This document shows, piece after piece, positions 1 to 9,580 of a stretch of 64,000 nt of DNA (position 1 is the first letter of the stretch; each line of letters begins with the position of its first letter). Both the position numbers and the translations under genes were made by a program. The notes under the pieces are model-generated. The model did no database searches. It saw only the letters and a program-made list of their open reading frames with translations, and was not told where the DNA came from. The stretch comes from Polyangiaceae bacterium (GTDB taxonomy: Bacteria; Myxococcota_A; Polyangia; Polyangiales; Polyangiaceae). The stretch spans positions 40,280 through 104,279 of the forward strand of contig JBGAID010000021.1 in assembly GCA_044225865.1 (NCBI GenBank), in the 5' to 3' direction.

Positions 1-1
1 G

Positions 2-322
2 TACATCTACAGCGACTTCGGCCGCACGTTCGCGAGGAGCGGCGAGGACGGCACGGACCACCACCCCGCGACGTGCGCGCTGCTCGTCGGCGGCTCCGTG
101 AAGGGCAATCAAATGCTCGGCGGCTACGACGAGAGCGCGAGCGGCTCTCCCCTCGGCGCGCCCGTCGCGCTCGTCGAAGAGAGCGGAGAGAAGGTCACGC
201 GGCCTCCGACCTCACAGGACATCGCGGCGACGGTGATTCGAGCCTTCGGGCTGGAGCCCGGGAAAGACTTCTTCATCCCGGGAGGCTATGGCGAGTTCGA
301 GGGCGCCCTCCAGTCGGGGTGA
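2..322 (+). CDS. DUF1501 domain protein, C-terminal part (5' partial; gene starts upstream of window)
   Basis: Frame continuous from window edge to TGA at 320-322. Translation ...GTDHHPATCALLVGGSVKGNQMLGGYDESASG... matches the conserved C-terminal GTDHG/LLAGGGVKGG block of DUF1501 sulfatase-like proteins. High GC3. Confidence 0.55.
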   Translation, partial: YIYSDFGRTFARSGEDGTDHHPATCALLVGGSVKGNQMLGGYDESASGSPLGAPVALVEESGEKVTRPPTSQDIAATVIRAFGLEPGKDFFIPGGYGEFEGALQSG

Positions 323-1488
323 GCTTCTCCCGTCTCGAGATCGACTTCCGTCGTGGCGGCCGTGAGCGTCGGGACCTCGGCGGCGCGGTCCTCGAGGCCG
401 AGCTCGTCCAGAGACTCGCGGGTGTGGGCCCGCGCGCGGATCGAGACGACGGCGCGGATCGCCCCGGCGGGGATTGGCAGGTTCGCGTCACGGGTCTCTC
501 CCGGGCCCAGCACGGCCGCGCGCACCTCGGTCGCGTCGACGATCACGTCGACTGGCCCCTCGCCATTCTCTCCGAAGACGCCCAGCTCGATCGGCGGGGC
601 ATGCGCGATACGCCCGTCGGCGTCGACGTCGCCATGAGCCGCGAGCACCGCGTCGCCGTCGCTGAAGAATCTCACCTCTACCCAAATGCGTCGGAGGGCG
701 GCGACCCCGGTGGGGACCGCGTGCCCTGCCCCCAGGTTCTCGAGCCGCACGTGGAGGAGATCCCCTTCGCGCTCGGCTTGGAGAGAGAGCGCCCGCTCCA
801 GCAATCGCGCGCCGTCGCTCGCGCGCTCCGATTGAACAGCTGCGCCCTCCCCCCAGGCAGGTCGAAGTCCGACGAAGGTGTGGTCGCGCAGGCGCCGATC
901 CAGGCCGTCGCCGCTGGCGGCGGGCCCGTCGGGGAGCGTCGGCATGTGGCAGTCGATGCAGCTGTCCCGTCCGCCGCCGGACACGAAGGCCGCGTACTCC
1001 TCGTCCGTCGGCTCGACGAAGTGCTCCGGTCCGGTGACGGCGTGGCACGTGATGCAGAGCTCGCTGTCGGCGAGCAGGGCCCCCGATCGCGCGCCGTGAG
1101 GGCCTCCTTCGCCGCCGAAGGGTCCCATGGGGGGGCGGTCGAGGTCGATGATGAGCTTGCCGTCCCTCGGCTCCGCGTTCCCGATCGCGTCGTGACAGGA
1201 GACGCAAGAGACGTGGGCGTCCGAGGTGTGGCCGGGCGTGTGGCAGCCGTCGCACCGCTTTCGCGCCGCCTCGCCCCACGCCGCCTCGACCCGAGGCCTC
1301 AGCGCTCCGAACACCGGCGAGTCGGCGCTGCTCCCATGGGCGGAAGACGCGTGCTCATCCGCCTGCCGCGCATGACAGCTCCCGCACCCCTCGTCCGCCG
1401 CGCCGTCGAGGTCCGGCCGACCGGAGCAAGCGAGGAGCGCCGTGCTCCACACGACCATCGCGTCGAACGCGAGCGAATGGCGTCTCAT
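286..1488 (-). CDS. multiheme (5x CxxCH) cytochrome c, secreted
   Basis: Internal ATG at 1488 gives MRRHSLAFDAMVVWSTALLACSG signal peptide. Five CxxCH motifs (CGSCH, CDGCH, CVSCH, CITCH, CIDCH). The upstream 5' extension of the ORF-track entry is Arg-rich junk. ATGA overlap with the upstream gene. Confidence 0.7.
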   Translation of the reverse strand: MRRHSLAFDAMVVWSTALLACSGRPDLDGAADEGCGSCHARQADEHASSAHGSSADSPVFGALRPRVEAAWGEAARKRCDGCHTPGHTSDAHVSCVSCHDAIGNAEPRDGKLIIDLDRPPMGPFGGEGGPHGARSGALLADSELCITCHAVTGPEHFVEPTDEEYAAFVSGGGRDSCIDCHMPTLPDGPAASGDGLDRRLRDHTFVGLRPAWGEGAAVQSERASDGARLLERALSLQAEREGDLLHVRLENLGAGHAVPTGVAALRRIWVEVRFFSDGDAVLAAHGDVDADGRIAHAPPIELGVFGENGEGPVDVIVDATEVRAAVLGPGETRDANLPIPAGAIRAVVSIRARAHTRESLDELGLEDRAAEVPTLTAATTEVDLETGEAHPDWRAPSNSP

Positions 1489-2096
1489 AGCGGCAAATGC
1501 ACGGTGAGCCCCAAGGTGGCTTGGCCGAGCCCGAAGGTCCGATATCCGTCCCCGACCGAACCGGTCCACCCGAGGGCAGCGCGGTCGTGACCGAGGTATC
1601 CAATCGCTTTGAGGTCGGTGAAGAGCGAGACCTCGTCGACGAGCGCCACGTCCACCCCCGTCCCCGCCTGAAGACCAAAGAGGACATCGTCGGACCGCGG
1701 CCCGTCCTTTCGGTCGGGCTCGATCAGCGAGAAGACGACGCACATACCGGCCAGCGGTCGCAGACGAACGCGCTCGCCGAGCCGGATTGGAACGAATAGA
1801 TCGAACCCGACGGGATGATCGTGACGGAGGCCGCCCGGGTTCGGCACGAACACCGCCTCCCCGAAGAGGTCCAGCCCGAACCAACGATGCGGAACGAGCG
1901 CGATCCGGCCGCCGCCACCGCCGCCGGCGTACGCGCCCGCCCAGCCGAGCCCGTAGGCCGCGACGGAGAGGATGCGGTCGAAGGCGGGCTTGCTGGGGGA
2001 CAGGAGCGTCGGCGCGGCGACTGCGTCCGCGGCACGGGCGAAGCTGGGGAGGAGCAAGGACGCGCCGATCAGCGCGGCGAAGACGTAGGTACGCAT
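1485..2096 (-). CDS. secreted hypothetical protein (possible small beta-barrel/OM protein)
   Basis: Internal start gives MRTYVFAALIGASLLLPSFARA signal peptide. Gly/aromatic-rich alternating pattern. Stop overlaps the cytochrome start (ATGA), implying an operon. Confidence 0.5.
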   Translation of the reverse strand: MRTYVFAALIGASLLLPSFARAADAVAAPTLLSPSKPAFDRILSVAAYGLGWAGAYAGGGGGGRIALVPHRWFGLDLFGEAVFVPNPGGLRHDHPVGFDLFVPIRLGERVRLRPLAGMCVVFSLIEPDRKDGPRSDDVLFGLQAGTGVDVALVDEVSLFTDLKAIGYLGHDRAALGWTGSVGDGYRTFGLGQATLGLTVHLPL

Positions 2097-2507
2097 GGAC
2101 GGTTCACCTCCTGGACTCGTCGATTTCACGCCCGGCGCGCTGCCGCGCTCGCCGACCCCTCGCAGGCGGCTCCGCTCCGAGAGGAGCTCCGCGGGGCGAC
2201 GGGTTGAATTTCGACAGGCGCGGGGATGACGCGAGCTTGGCGCTCGCCCCGGCCCTCACGCTTCGACGAGGACGAAGGGGACTTGGGGTCTCCCCGACGC
2301 TGTTCTGAGCTCGCCAAGGAAATTCCTCGCGCGGGCAGCATTGTGACGCTCTCTTGCGACCCGGAGCTCGCGAGCGAGCGACGCGGCGTCGGGAGGGAGG
2401 ACGAGGGCCCAGGGACATGGGGACCGCGAACAGAGGCTCACCCTGGCCCAGGGGCGGGTCGATCGGCCGGCGATCCGCCGGTTTCCACGCGGCACTGCAA
2501 TTGCCAG

Positions 2508-3332
2508 ATGGCCGGCGTGGCCTCCTTCAAACACCTCGCCGGACTGTTCATCGTCGTGTTCACCGCGGCTCCTCTCGCAGGCTGCAGCGCAAGCGTCGCG
2601 TGCGACGCAGGCTGCGACGACCAGGGGTGCCCCCTCACCGCGCCGAGCTCGGGAGACGCCTGCGACGAGGAAGGCCTGAGCTGTCCGTACGCCGACTCCT
2701 GCGGCTCCGCGGTGGCTGTCTGCAAAGACGGCGCGTTCGACGTCTCCGTCGACATTGCGAACTGCACCCCGGCCTGTCCCGACACCCTGCCCGCAGACGG
2801 AGACGCCTGCGACCCGCTGGTCGACTCCACGTGCAGCTACTCGAGCGGGCTCGACTACTGCGACGGCGATGTCGTCGCGACCTGCACCGCCGACGGATGG
2901 ACGCACACCGCGCCCGCGTGCGCTTGCCCAGCTGACGTGCCAGTCGACGGGACTCCTTGTCTCGCAGGAGCGTCGTGCTCCTATCCAATCGACGACTGCG
3001 GGGGAACGGCGATGGCAGACTGCGTCGACGGCACCTTCTCTGTCGGGTTCGATTCGATGACGTGTCCGGGGGACTGCTACGCAATGGACGAGATCGAGTG
3101 CACCGGTATCGCGTCCGATGTCTGCCGCTGGATCACGCCGGGCTGCTCCGACGTCCCGGAGGCGATCAAGACGGAGGGCTGCTTCCCAATCGAGCCCTGC
3201 GAGCCAGGCGCGCCCGACGCTTGCCCCGGCGAGACCCTCTGCCTCCAGGTCGACTACGATCCCTGCTATCAGCTCGACTGCGGATCGTGCAGCGACGCGA
3301 CGACGGTGTGCCTCCCCCCGCCGCCGCCGTGA
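2508..3332 (+). CDS. cysteine-rich secreted lipoprotein
   Basis: ATG at 2508 gives MAGVASFKHLAGLFIVVFTAAPLAGC lipobox. Mature part has ~40 Cys in repeated C-x-DG/CP motifs. The upstream part of the track ORF lacks coding character. Confidence 0.6.
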   Translation: MAGVASFKHLAGLFIVVFTAAPLAGCSASVACDAGCDDQGCPLTAPSSGDACDEEGLSCPYADSCGSAVAVCKDGAFDVSVDIANCTPACPDTLPADGDACDPLVDSTCSYSSGLDYCDGDVVATCTADGWTHTAPACACPADVPVDGTPCLAGASCSYPIDDCGGTAMADCVDGTFSVGFDSMTCPGDCYAMDEIECTGIASDVCRWITPGCSDVPEAIKTEGCFPIEPCEPGAPDACPGETLCLQVDYDPCYQLDCGSCSDATTVCLPPPPP

Positions 3333-3968
3333 AGGCCGCCGGAGCCCGACACGTAACACCGGGCGCGTGACTGGACGTTCTCTCCCAAAGACCCGCCGCG
3401 AAAAAGCCGGGGTGGCTTTGCGAGATCCCCCCTCGCGATTTCGCCGAGATCTGTCGAAACCGCGCCGTCGCCTCGGGGCACGCGCGCAGCGCCCGTCGAA
3501 CTACCGTGACGTTCGCGAAACCGCGCCCCCCCTGCCGCAAAGCCCCCCGCGCTCCTTCGCCATTCATCGATGCCCCCACCGGTCGCGCTGACGCGCGCCC
3601 ACCGCCCCCAAATCGCTCGCTGCGCTCGCTCAGGGGGCGGTCGCACCTGGCGTGATTCGGCTTCAGCGCCGTCCTCGACTCGGCTTGTGTCCTGGTGGAG
3701 CCGAGGGTGAGGCCCCGCCACCCGGCAGGCGGGCTACGAGGTCTCAGCGCGGACGACACCTCGTGCTCGAGACGACTGTGCAGTCAGTCTTCTGGTCTCG
3801 ATTGCTTCGGTCCCGGCGGCGGTAGATTTGCCCGTCCCCGACAGGCGCGTTGCGATCGCGACCACGACGGCGCTGGCATGGGTGAACCGGACCGACGCGT
3901 TCACCGGGCGCGCAAGCAGACGTTCGAGGGGCTCCCCAACCGGGCGAGCTTTCGCTAACAATATCGGT

Positions 3969-5039
3969 GTGAAAGCCGACTTGATCAGCGTGATAGAAGC
4001 CGCCTATCGGGTCGAGCAACGAGAGGGTCGATGGCTCGAGGGGGTGCTCGAGGCCGCGAGCCCGCTGCTCGACCGCGGGATGGGGTGCTCGGCGTTCTTC
4101 TACGACGCCCGCGACGTGGAGCAGCTGCGTCTCCACGGCTTCGTCGCGGCCGGCGCCCGCAACGACGAAGCGATCCTTCGCGCCATCGAGAGATCTTCTC
4201 CCGATCGCGTGGCGTGGGTCTTCCGCACCCAGGCTTGCCGCACCGCGAGCGAGGGCCCGGACTGGGCCAATCAACCGGCGGCCAAGCTCTTCCGGACGTG
4301 GGGAATCACCGACATTCTATTCGTGAACGGCGTCGACCCGAGCGGGATTGGCTGCTTCGTCACCGCCAAGCTCTCCGAAGGGCAGCGCGTCGATCGTGGG
4401 ACCAAGCGACGGCTCGCGCGCCTCGCGGCACACTTCGCGGCGGGGTATCGCCTCGTGCGCAGGCTCTCCGCGCCGCTCGATCCGGATCGCGCCGACGCGG
4501 TGCTCAGTCCATCCGGCAAGTTGCTGCACGCGCGCGAGCCGGCCAAAGACGACGCTTCGCGCGCGGCGCTGCGGGACGCCGCCGTCGCGGTCGAAGGCGC
4601 GCGCGGCTCGCTGCGCCGGCGCGACCCCGACGCGGCGGTCGAGGCGTGGCGCGGCCTCGTCGCGGCGCGCTGGTCGATCGTCGATCGCTTCGAGCATGAC
4701 GGGAAGCGCTTCCTCTTGGCCCAGGAGAACGCGCCCGTGAGCCCCAGCCGGCGCGAGCTCAGCGAGCGGGAGCGCCAAGCCCTCGCGTACGCCAAGCTCG
4801 GGCACTCGAACAAGCTGATCGCCTACGAGCTCGGGATCTCGGCGTCGACGGTGGGTGTGCTGCTATGGAGGGCAGCGAACAAGCTGGGCACCAAGACGCG
4901 GGAGGAGCTGCTCCGCGTGCCGCTGGACGACAGGCAGGAGGCGGAGGGACGTGGCGAGGCGCCGGACTCGAGACGATCCGGGCCCGGTCATGCCGAGGCG
5001 GCCGCTGTCGACGCGGACGAGCGGGGCCGGCCTCTATGA
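3969..5039 (+). CDS. LuxR-family transcriptional regulator (C-terminal HTH)
   Basis: C-terminal LSERERQALAYAKLGHSNKLIAYELGISASTVGVLLWRAANKLG is a canonical LuxR/FixJ HTH. Start placed at GTG 3969 (VKADLISVIEAAYRV). TTG 3828 is an alternative. Long (~630 bp) upstream leader. Confidence 0.65.
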   Translation: MKADLISVIEAAYRVEQREGRWLEGVLEAASPLLDRGMGCSAFFYDARDVEQLRLHGFVAAGARNDEAILRAIERSSPDRVAWVFRTQACRTASEGPDWANQPAAKLFRTWGITDILFVNGVDPSGIGCFVTAKLSEGQRVDRGTKRRLARLAAHFAAGYRLVRRLSAPLDPDRADAVLSPSGKLLHAREPAKDDASRAALRDAAVAVEGARGSLRRRDPDAAVEAWRGLVAARWSIVDRFEHDGKRFLLAQENAPVSPSRRELSERERQALAYAKLGHSNKLIAYELGISASTVGVLLWRAANKLGTKTREELLRVPLDDRQEAEGRGEAPDSRRSGPGHAEAAAVDADERGRPL

Positions 5040-5962
5040 AGTCCGAGGCGGCGGAGGTACGCTCCGAGGCGGCGCTGGAGGGCGCGATCATGGCGACGCG
5101 GGTCTTGGGCTGGGTGGTCGCGCTGGCGGCGGCGACCGGGTGCTCGGCAGCGCCGGCGCTGCTCGGCCCCGATGCGGCGCGAGCGCTCGTCGTTCATGCC
5201 GACAGAGCCGCGGACCGCGAGGACAACGCGGAGGCGGTGCGGGCCTACCTCCAGTGCGTCGAGACCTGCCCCGGGCCCGAGGGGCAGCTCGTGATAGCCG
5301 ATCTCAGCGCCCAGCTGAGAGCGAGGCCGGATTTGGCCGAGCTCCTATGGCAAGCGGTGGATCGCATGGAGGCGAAGGTCGTGGCGGGCGAGGGCGGCCG
5401 GGAGCAGCTCCACCAAACGGTCTCTAGGCTCGTCCGCATCTACGCGACGCACGCGGCCACGGAGCGACCGCGCGCGCTGCTGAGGCGCCTTTGGGAACGA
5501 GGAGCCGCGGAGGGATATGCAACGCTCCTGACGGCGTGTGCAATCGAGCTCCCCGCGAGCTTGAGAGAGCTCTCCACCCATGACGTCGAGCTGCTCGTCG
5601 AGCGCGCCGCGGGCCCGGACCGCACCGGGGACGACGGCGCTCCCCCCGAAGAGCGCGGGGAGCGCCCGCTGGCCAGCGGCCCCCAACAAGCGAAGAGGCG
5701 ACGCGCCGAACACGCCATCAAGATCGCCTCCTTTCTCCTCGACGCCGAGCGGGCGCCCGCCGCCGAACGCGTGATGCGCGCGGCGATCTTCGAGACGGGC
5801 TGCGAGACCGTGATGGACTGGCTTGGTAAGGAGGAGAGCCCAACGCTGGCGCTTGCATGCAGCGCATGCCCGTCCGCGCGCGCCTGTCTCCCGCCCGGAC
5901 AGTCGCCGCCGAGACCCAAGTCCTGGGTCTGCCGTGGGAGCGGCCCCGATCTGCCTCCCTAA
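5036..5962 (+). CDS. hypothetical lipoprotein
   Basis: ATG 5036 overlaps the LuxR stop (ATGA). An alternative ATG at 5090 gives MATRVLGWVVALAAATGC lipoprotein signal directly. Good GC3; Arg/Ala-rich helical protein. Confidence 0.5.
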   Translation: MKSEAAEVRSEAALEGAIMATRVLGWVVALAAATGCSAAPALLGPDAARALVVHADRAADREDNAEAVRAYLQCVETCPGPEGQLVIADLSAQLRARPDLAELLWQAVDRMEAKVVAGEGGREQLHQTVSRLVRIYATHAATERPRALLRRLWERGAAEGYATLLTACAIELPASLRELSTHDVELLVERAAGPDRTGDDGAPPEERGERPLASGPQQAKRRRAEHAIKIASFLLDAERAPAAERVMRAAIFETGCETVMDWLGKEESPTLALACSACPSARACLPPGQSPPRPKSWVCRGSGPDLPP

Positions 5963-6074
5963 ATCACATACGAAGCCACCGAGCGGATGATGGGCCCAGC
6001 GCCACATTCGGGCTCCGCTCAATCTCCTCATAGCCTCCAAAATTGCCCCGGGCCGGAGATGCCACCCTCTCGGC

Positions 6075-6746
6075 ATGGGCACCATGAACCTCGGGCTCGG
6101 CCAGACGGCCTTCGCGCGACGACTGACGACGGGCGGGCTCTTGACCCTCTTGTCGTTTTCGCTGCTCGTGGCGCGCGTCCTGCGAGTCGGGACCCTGACC
6201 TTCGCGTTCCTGGGTTGGAACCTGTTCTTGGCCTGGCTCGCGGTAGGGCTCGGGGCGGCGAGCTGCGCGCTTTGGGATCGGAAGAAGATCGCGGCGAGCG
6301 CGCCCTGCTTCGTCGCCTTCTTTGCGATGTTCCCCAACACGTTCTATCTCGTCACCGACCTCGTGCATCTCCGCCATACGCGCGGTCCGTTGTGGCACGA
6401 CTTCGCGCTCTTGTTCTCGTGCGCGGCCACTGGTGTGGGCCTCGCCCTCTGCTCGCTGTTCGAGGTGCACCGGCGCGTCGCCGCGCGCTTCGGTCGGGGG
6501 TGGGGCTGGGCCGTCGTAATGGCCTTCGGTTTGTCGACGGGGTACGCGATTTGGCTCGGACGCATCTTGCGCTTCAATTCGTGGGACCTCGTGGTGACGC
6601 CGGCGAAGGTCGCGCGCTCCGCGCTCTCACCGCTGTTCGCCCCGCGCGAGCATCTGCTCGCCTGGGGCATGACAGGACTGTTCAGCGCGCTGCTCCTGGT
6701 GCTGTACATCGCCTTTCAATCGCGCCACCCGAGCGCGCGCGCATGA
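6075..6746 (+). CDS. DUF1361 family integral membrane protein
   Basis: Multiple TM segments and the FPNTFYLVTDLVHL motif characteristic of DUF1361. Confidence 0.7.
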   Translation: MGTMNLGLGQTAFARRLTTGGLLTLLSFSLLVARVLRVGTLTFAFLGWNLFLAWLAVGLGAASCALWDRKKIAASAPCFVAFFAMFPNTFYLVTDLVHLRHTRGPLWHDFALLFSCAATGVGLALCSLFEVHRRVAARFGRGWGWAVVMAFGLSTGYAIWLGRILRFNSWDLVVTPAKVARSALSPLFAPREHLLAWGMTGLFSALLLVLYIAFQSRHPSARA

Positions 6747-6753
6747 AGGCGGG

Positions 6754-6784
6754 AGGCTCGGACCGCTCCCTGGAAGCCGAGCCT
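6754..6784. terminator. putative bidirectional terminator hairpin between convergent genes
   Basis: AGGCTCGG-(15 nt loop)-CCGAGCCT 8-bp inverted repeat in the 48-bp gap between the DUF1361 stop and the FDH Fe-S gene stop. Confidence 0.3.
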
Positions 6785-6794
6785 GAGCCGGGGC

Positions 6795-7763
6795 TCATCC
6801 GCCGCCCGCGTACTCCCAGCCGAAGCGGCCCTTGATGCACAAATGACCCTCCGTCACGGATGACTCGACGGGAGAGGTCACGCGCACGATGCGATTGTCT
6901 TGAACGCGCATCGTCAGGGCGCATCCGACGCCACAATAGGGACATGTGGTGGTGGTCTCGGTCTGCTTGGATTCGTCCCAGGTCCCGGCGGCGCGCATGT
7001 CGTGCTCGCGCTTGAAGACGAGCGCGCCGGTCGGACAAACCCCGATGCAATTGCCACAGAACACGCAGGCCGAGTCGTCGAGCGGGGTGTCGAGCTCGGT
7101 GGAGATGCGGGCCTCGAAGCCCCGCCCCGCGACCGCGATCGCGAAGGTGTTTTGGGCATCCGTCCCGCACGCCTCGACGCATTTGTAACAGAGCATGCAT
7201 TTCGCGTAGTCGCGTACGAACAGGTCATTGTCGACCTTGGGCGGCTGAGCGACAGTGGCGGCCTGTGCCCCTGTCGAGGGCGCGTGGTGTCCGGCGTGGG
7301 AATGATCCCGAGCGCCCGCCTCGGCGGGGGGAGCGGCGGGGCCGAAGCGCTCCGGCGCGGCGCCATAGCGGACCATCAGGTCGCCGATGCCGGGCGTGGC
7401 GGAGAGATCGACGCTCGAGCCGAGCAGCTCGAGGACGAGCCGGCGCGACGTGCGGACGCGCGGCGAGTCGGTGAGGACCACCATCCCCGCCTCCGCCTTG
7501 CGCGAGCAAGAAGGGACCAGGGTGCGAGCGCCCTCGAGCTCGACGACGCAGATGCGGCAGACGTTCACGGGGGTGAGGTTCTTCGCCCAGCAGAGGGTCG
7601 GAGTGTCGACCCCGCGCGCGCGGCATGCGTCGAGGATCGTCGCGCCTTCGGGGACGGAGACGCTCTCTCCGTCGACGGTGATCGAGACGTCGCGCGTAGG
7701 TCCGTCGCCTCGGTCGCGGAGGGCCCGGGGCGACGCGGGCTGAATGAGGGGCAACCGGATCAC
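6795..7763 (-). CDS. formate dehydrogenase Fe-S subunit: NuoG-like N-terminal module ([2Fe-2S] + 4Fe-4S clusters + MopB-type CxxCxxxC Fe-S domain), separate gene
   Basis: GTG at 7763 with GGAGGTG SD 5 nt upstream; GTGA overlap with the stop of the upstream NuoEF-like gene. Translation VIRLPLIQ...ITVDGESVSVPEGATILDACRARGVDTPTLC ([2Fe-2S] ferredoxin-like) ...CMLCYKCVEAC...CVFCGNCIGVCP (2x 4Fe-4S) ...TCPYCGVGCALTMRV...GHLCIKGRFGWEY (MopB Fe-S domain), then stop (AGGG*). The ORF-track entry 6795..8345 is an artificially long extension. Confidence 0.8.
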   Translation of the reverse strand: MIRLPLIQPASPRALRDRGDGPTRDVSITVDGESVSVPEGATILDACRARGVDTPTLCWAKNLTPVNVCRICVVELEGARTLVPSCSRKAEAGMVVLTDSPRVRTSRRLVLELLGSSVDLSATPGIGDLMVRYGAAPERFGPAAPPAEAGARDHSHAGHHAPSTGAQAATVAQPPKVDNDLFVRDYAKCMLCYKCVEACGTDAQNTFAIAVAGRGFEARISTELDTPLDDSACVFCGNCIGVCPTGALVFKREHDMRAAGTWDESKQTETTTTCPYCGVGCALTMRVQDNRIVRVTSPVESSVTEGHLCIKGRFGWEYAGGG

Positions 7764-9577
7764 GAGGCACCTCCGAAGAGCGCGCCGAGCTCTTTCACCG
7801 CGCTCTCGATCGCGCTCGAGGCCGTCTGACCGAGGCCGCAGATCGAGGCGTCGCGCATCACCTGTCCGAGATCCGCGAGGAGCGCGTGCTCCGCCTCCAC
7901 CGAGCCCCGCGGAGACTTGCGAACGAGGCGGGTCACGAGCTCCTCCTGCCGAACGGTGCCGACGCGGCACGGGATGCATTGGCCACAGCTCTCGTCGCGG
8001 AAGAAGCGCGCGAGCCGCTCGAGCACGGGCCCGATCGGGATCGACGCGTCGAGGACGAGGACCACGCCGGACCCGAGGGTCGCGCCCGCTTTGCGGACAT
8101 CCTCGAAGGTCAGCGGCAGATCGAGCTTGGACTTGCCGACGAAGGTGCCCGCGGCGCCGCCGAGCAGCACCGCCTGGACATCGCCAGCGCCCGCGAGCTC
8201 CAGCAGCTCGGAGAGCTTCGCCCCGAACGGGAGCTCGTAGAGGCCGGGGCGCTCGACCTTGCCCGAGACGCAGAAGAGCCGCGTGCCTGGCGAGCCCGCG
8301 GTGCCCGCGTGCCGGTACGCGGCCGCGCCGTGGGTGAGGATCCACGGCACGTTCGCGAGGGTCTCGACGTTGTTCACGACCGTCGGCCGCCCGAACAAAC
8401 CGGCCTCGACCGGGAACGGGGGCTTGGTCCGAGGCTCACCCCGGAAGCCCTCGATCGAAGCGAAGAGCGCCGTCTCCTCGCCGCAGATGTACGCGCCCGC
8501 GCCCCGCCGGAGCTCGATATCGAAGCGGACGCCTTTGCCCATGAGGTCGGGACCGAGATAGCCCCGCGCGCGCGCTGCCTCGATCGCACCAGCCAGCCGG
8601 GCGTGGGCGAGCGGATACTCCGCGCGGACATAGAGGAAGCCGAGCTCGGCGCCGACGGTGGTGCCCGCGATCGTCATCGCCTCGACGACGGCGAACGGGT
8701 CTTCCTCCATGAGGACGCGGTCCTTGAACGTGCCTGGCTCGGACTCGTCCGCGTTGCAGACGAGGTACTTGGGCCGGCCCGCCGCGGAGGCGACCGCCTG
8801 CCATTTGCGGCCGGTGGGGAAGGCGGCGCCGCCCCGACCCACGAGGCCGCTCTCGGTCACCTCTCGCAAGACGAACGCTGGACCGCGATCGAGGGCGAGG
8901 CGGAGCGCGCCATAGCCTCCGTGGGCGCGGTAGTCGTCGAGGCTCGTCGGGTCGACCCGACCGACGCGGTCGAGCAAGCGCAGCGGGAAACGCCCCCCGT
9001 CACGTCCTCTTTGGGGCACGGACGAAGCGCGCGCTGCGGAACCTCTCCCTTCATGGAGCGCGCCGAGCACCGCGCCCGGTGCGACCGGGCCCCACGCGTC
9101 CTCCTTCGACGAAGCGCCCGCGCTCACGCGGTACACGGCGGGGGCGCGCTCGCAGAGACCGAGACAGGGGCTCGAGTGCCAAGCCATGCCGTGCTTCGGC
9201 TCGCCCTCGGCGGAGTGCTCCTTGGCGAGGACCTCCTTCAGCGCGGGCGCGCCCGCGGCGTGACAGGCCAGGTCGTCGCAGACGTGGAGCGCGAGCGGCG
9301 GCCGCTCCGTGAGGGAGAACAGGGCATAGAACGTCGCCACCCCAAACGCCTCTGCGGGCGGGACGTGGAGCCGCTCGCAGGCGTGGCCGAGGGCACCGGG
9401 AGGGATCCAGCCGAAGCGCGCCTGGATCGCGTGGAGCACCGGCAAGAGGAGGTGGCGCAGCGATCTCGCCTCGCGCAGCCCCACCGTCGGGTGCGGGCTC
9501 TCGATCGCGCCGATGATCGCGTCGACGGCTTCGCGCTCTTCGGAGGTCGGCTTCGTTCGAATGGGGTGGAGATCCAC
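7760..9577 (-). CDS. fused NuoE-like/NuoF-like NAD(H)-binding flavoprotein-FeS subunit (FdsG-FdsB fusion)
   Basis: N-terminal thioredoxin-like [2Fe-2S] NuoE region (HVCDDLACH...CLGLCERAP). C-terminal NuoF region with GGAAFPTGRKW, CNADESEPGTFKDR and ESCGQCIPCRVG 4Fe-4S motif. GTG start 3 nt after the stop of the FDH catalytic gene. Confidence 0.85.
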   Translation of the reverse strand: MDLHPIRTKPTSEEREAVDAIIGAIESPHPTVGLREARSLRHLLLPVLHAIQARFGWIPPGALGHACERLHVPPAEAFGVATFYALFSLTERPPLALHVCDDLACHAAGAPALKEVLAKEHSAEGEPKHGMAWHSSPCLGLCERAPAVYRVSAGASSKEDAWGPVAPGAVLGALHEGRGSAARASSVPQRGRDGGRFPLRLLDRVGRVDPTSLDDYRAHGGYGALRLALDRGPAFVLREVTESGLVGRGGAAFPTGRKWQAVASAAGRPKYLVCNADESEPGTFKDRVLMEEDPFAVVEAMTIAGTTVGAELGFLYVRAEYPLAHARLAGAIEAARARGYLGPDLMGKGVRFDIELRRGAGAYICGEETALFASIEGFRGEPRTKPPFPVEAGLFGRPTVVNNVETLANVPWILTHGAAAYRHAGTAGSPGTRLFCVSGKVERPGLYELPFGAKLSELLELAGAGDVQAVLLGGAAGTFVGKSKLDLPLTFEDVRKAGATLGSGVVLVLDASIPIGPVLERLARFFRDESCGQCIPCRVGTVRQEELVTRLVRKSPRGSVEAEHALLADLGQVMRDASICGLGQTASSAIESAVKELGALFGGAS

Positions 9578-9580
9578 GGG

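Noticed and set aside
73-1590. 505-aa plus-strand ORF at the window start
   Set aside because: Overlaps the real partial DUF1501 frame and is antisense to the multiheme cytochrome. Arg-rich junk translation.
2256-3359. 367-aa minus-strand ORF
   Set aside because: Antisense to the Cys-rich lipoprotein gene. Ala/Arg/Gly-rich low-complexity translation.
6795-6797. Possibility that the TGA ending the Fe-S module gene is also a Sec/readthrough codon joining it to more FDH sequence
   Set aside because: No continuing FDH-like translation in any frame downstream. The convergent DUF1361 gene begins 48 bp away. The catalytic domain is found upstream with its own SD.
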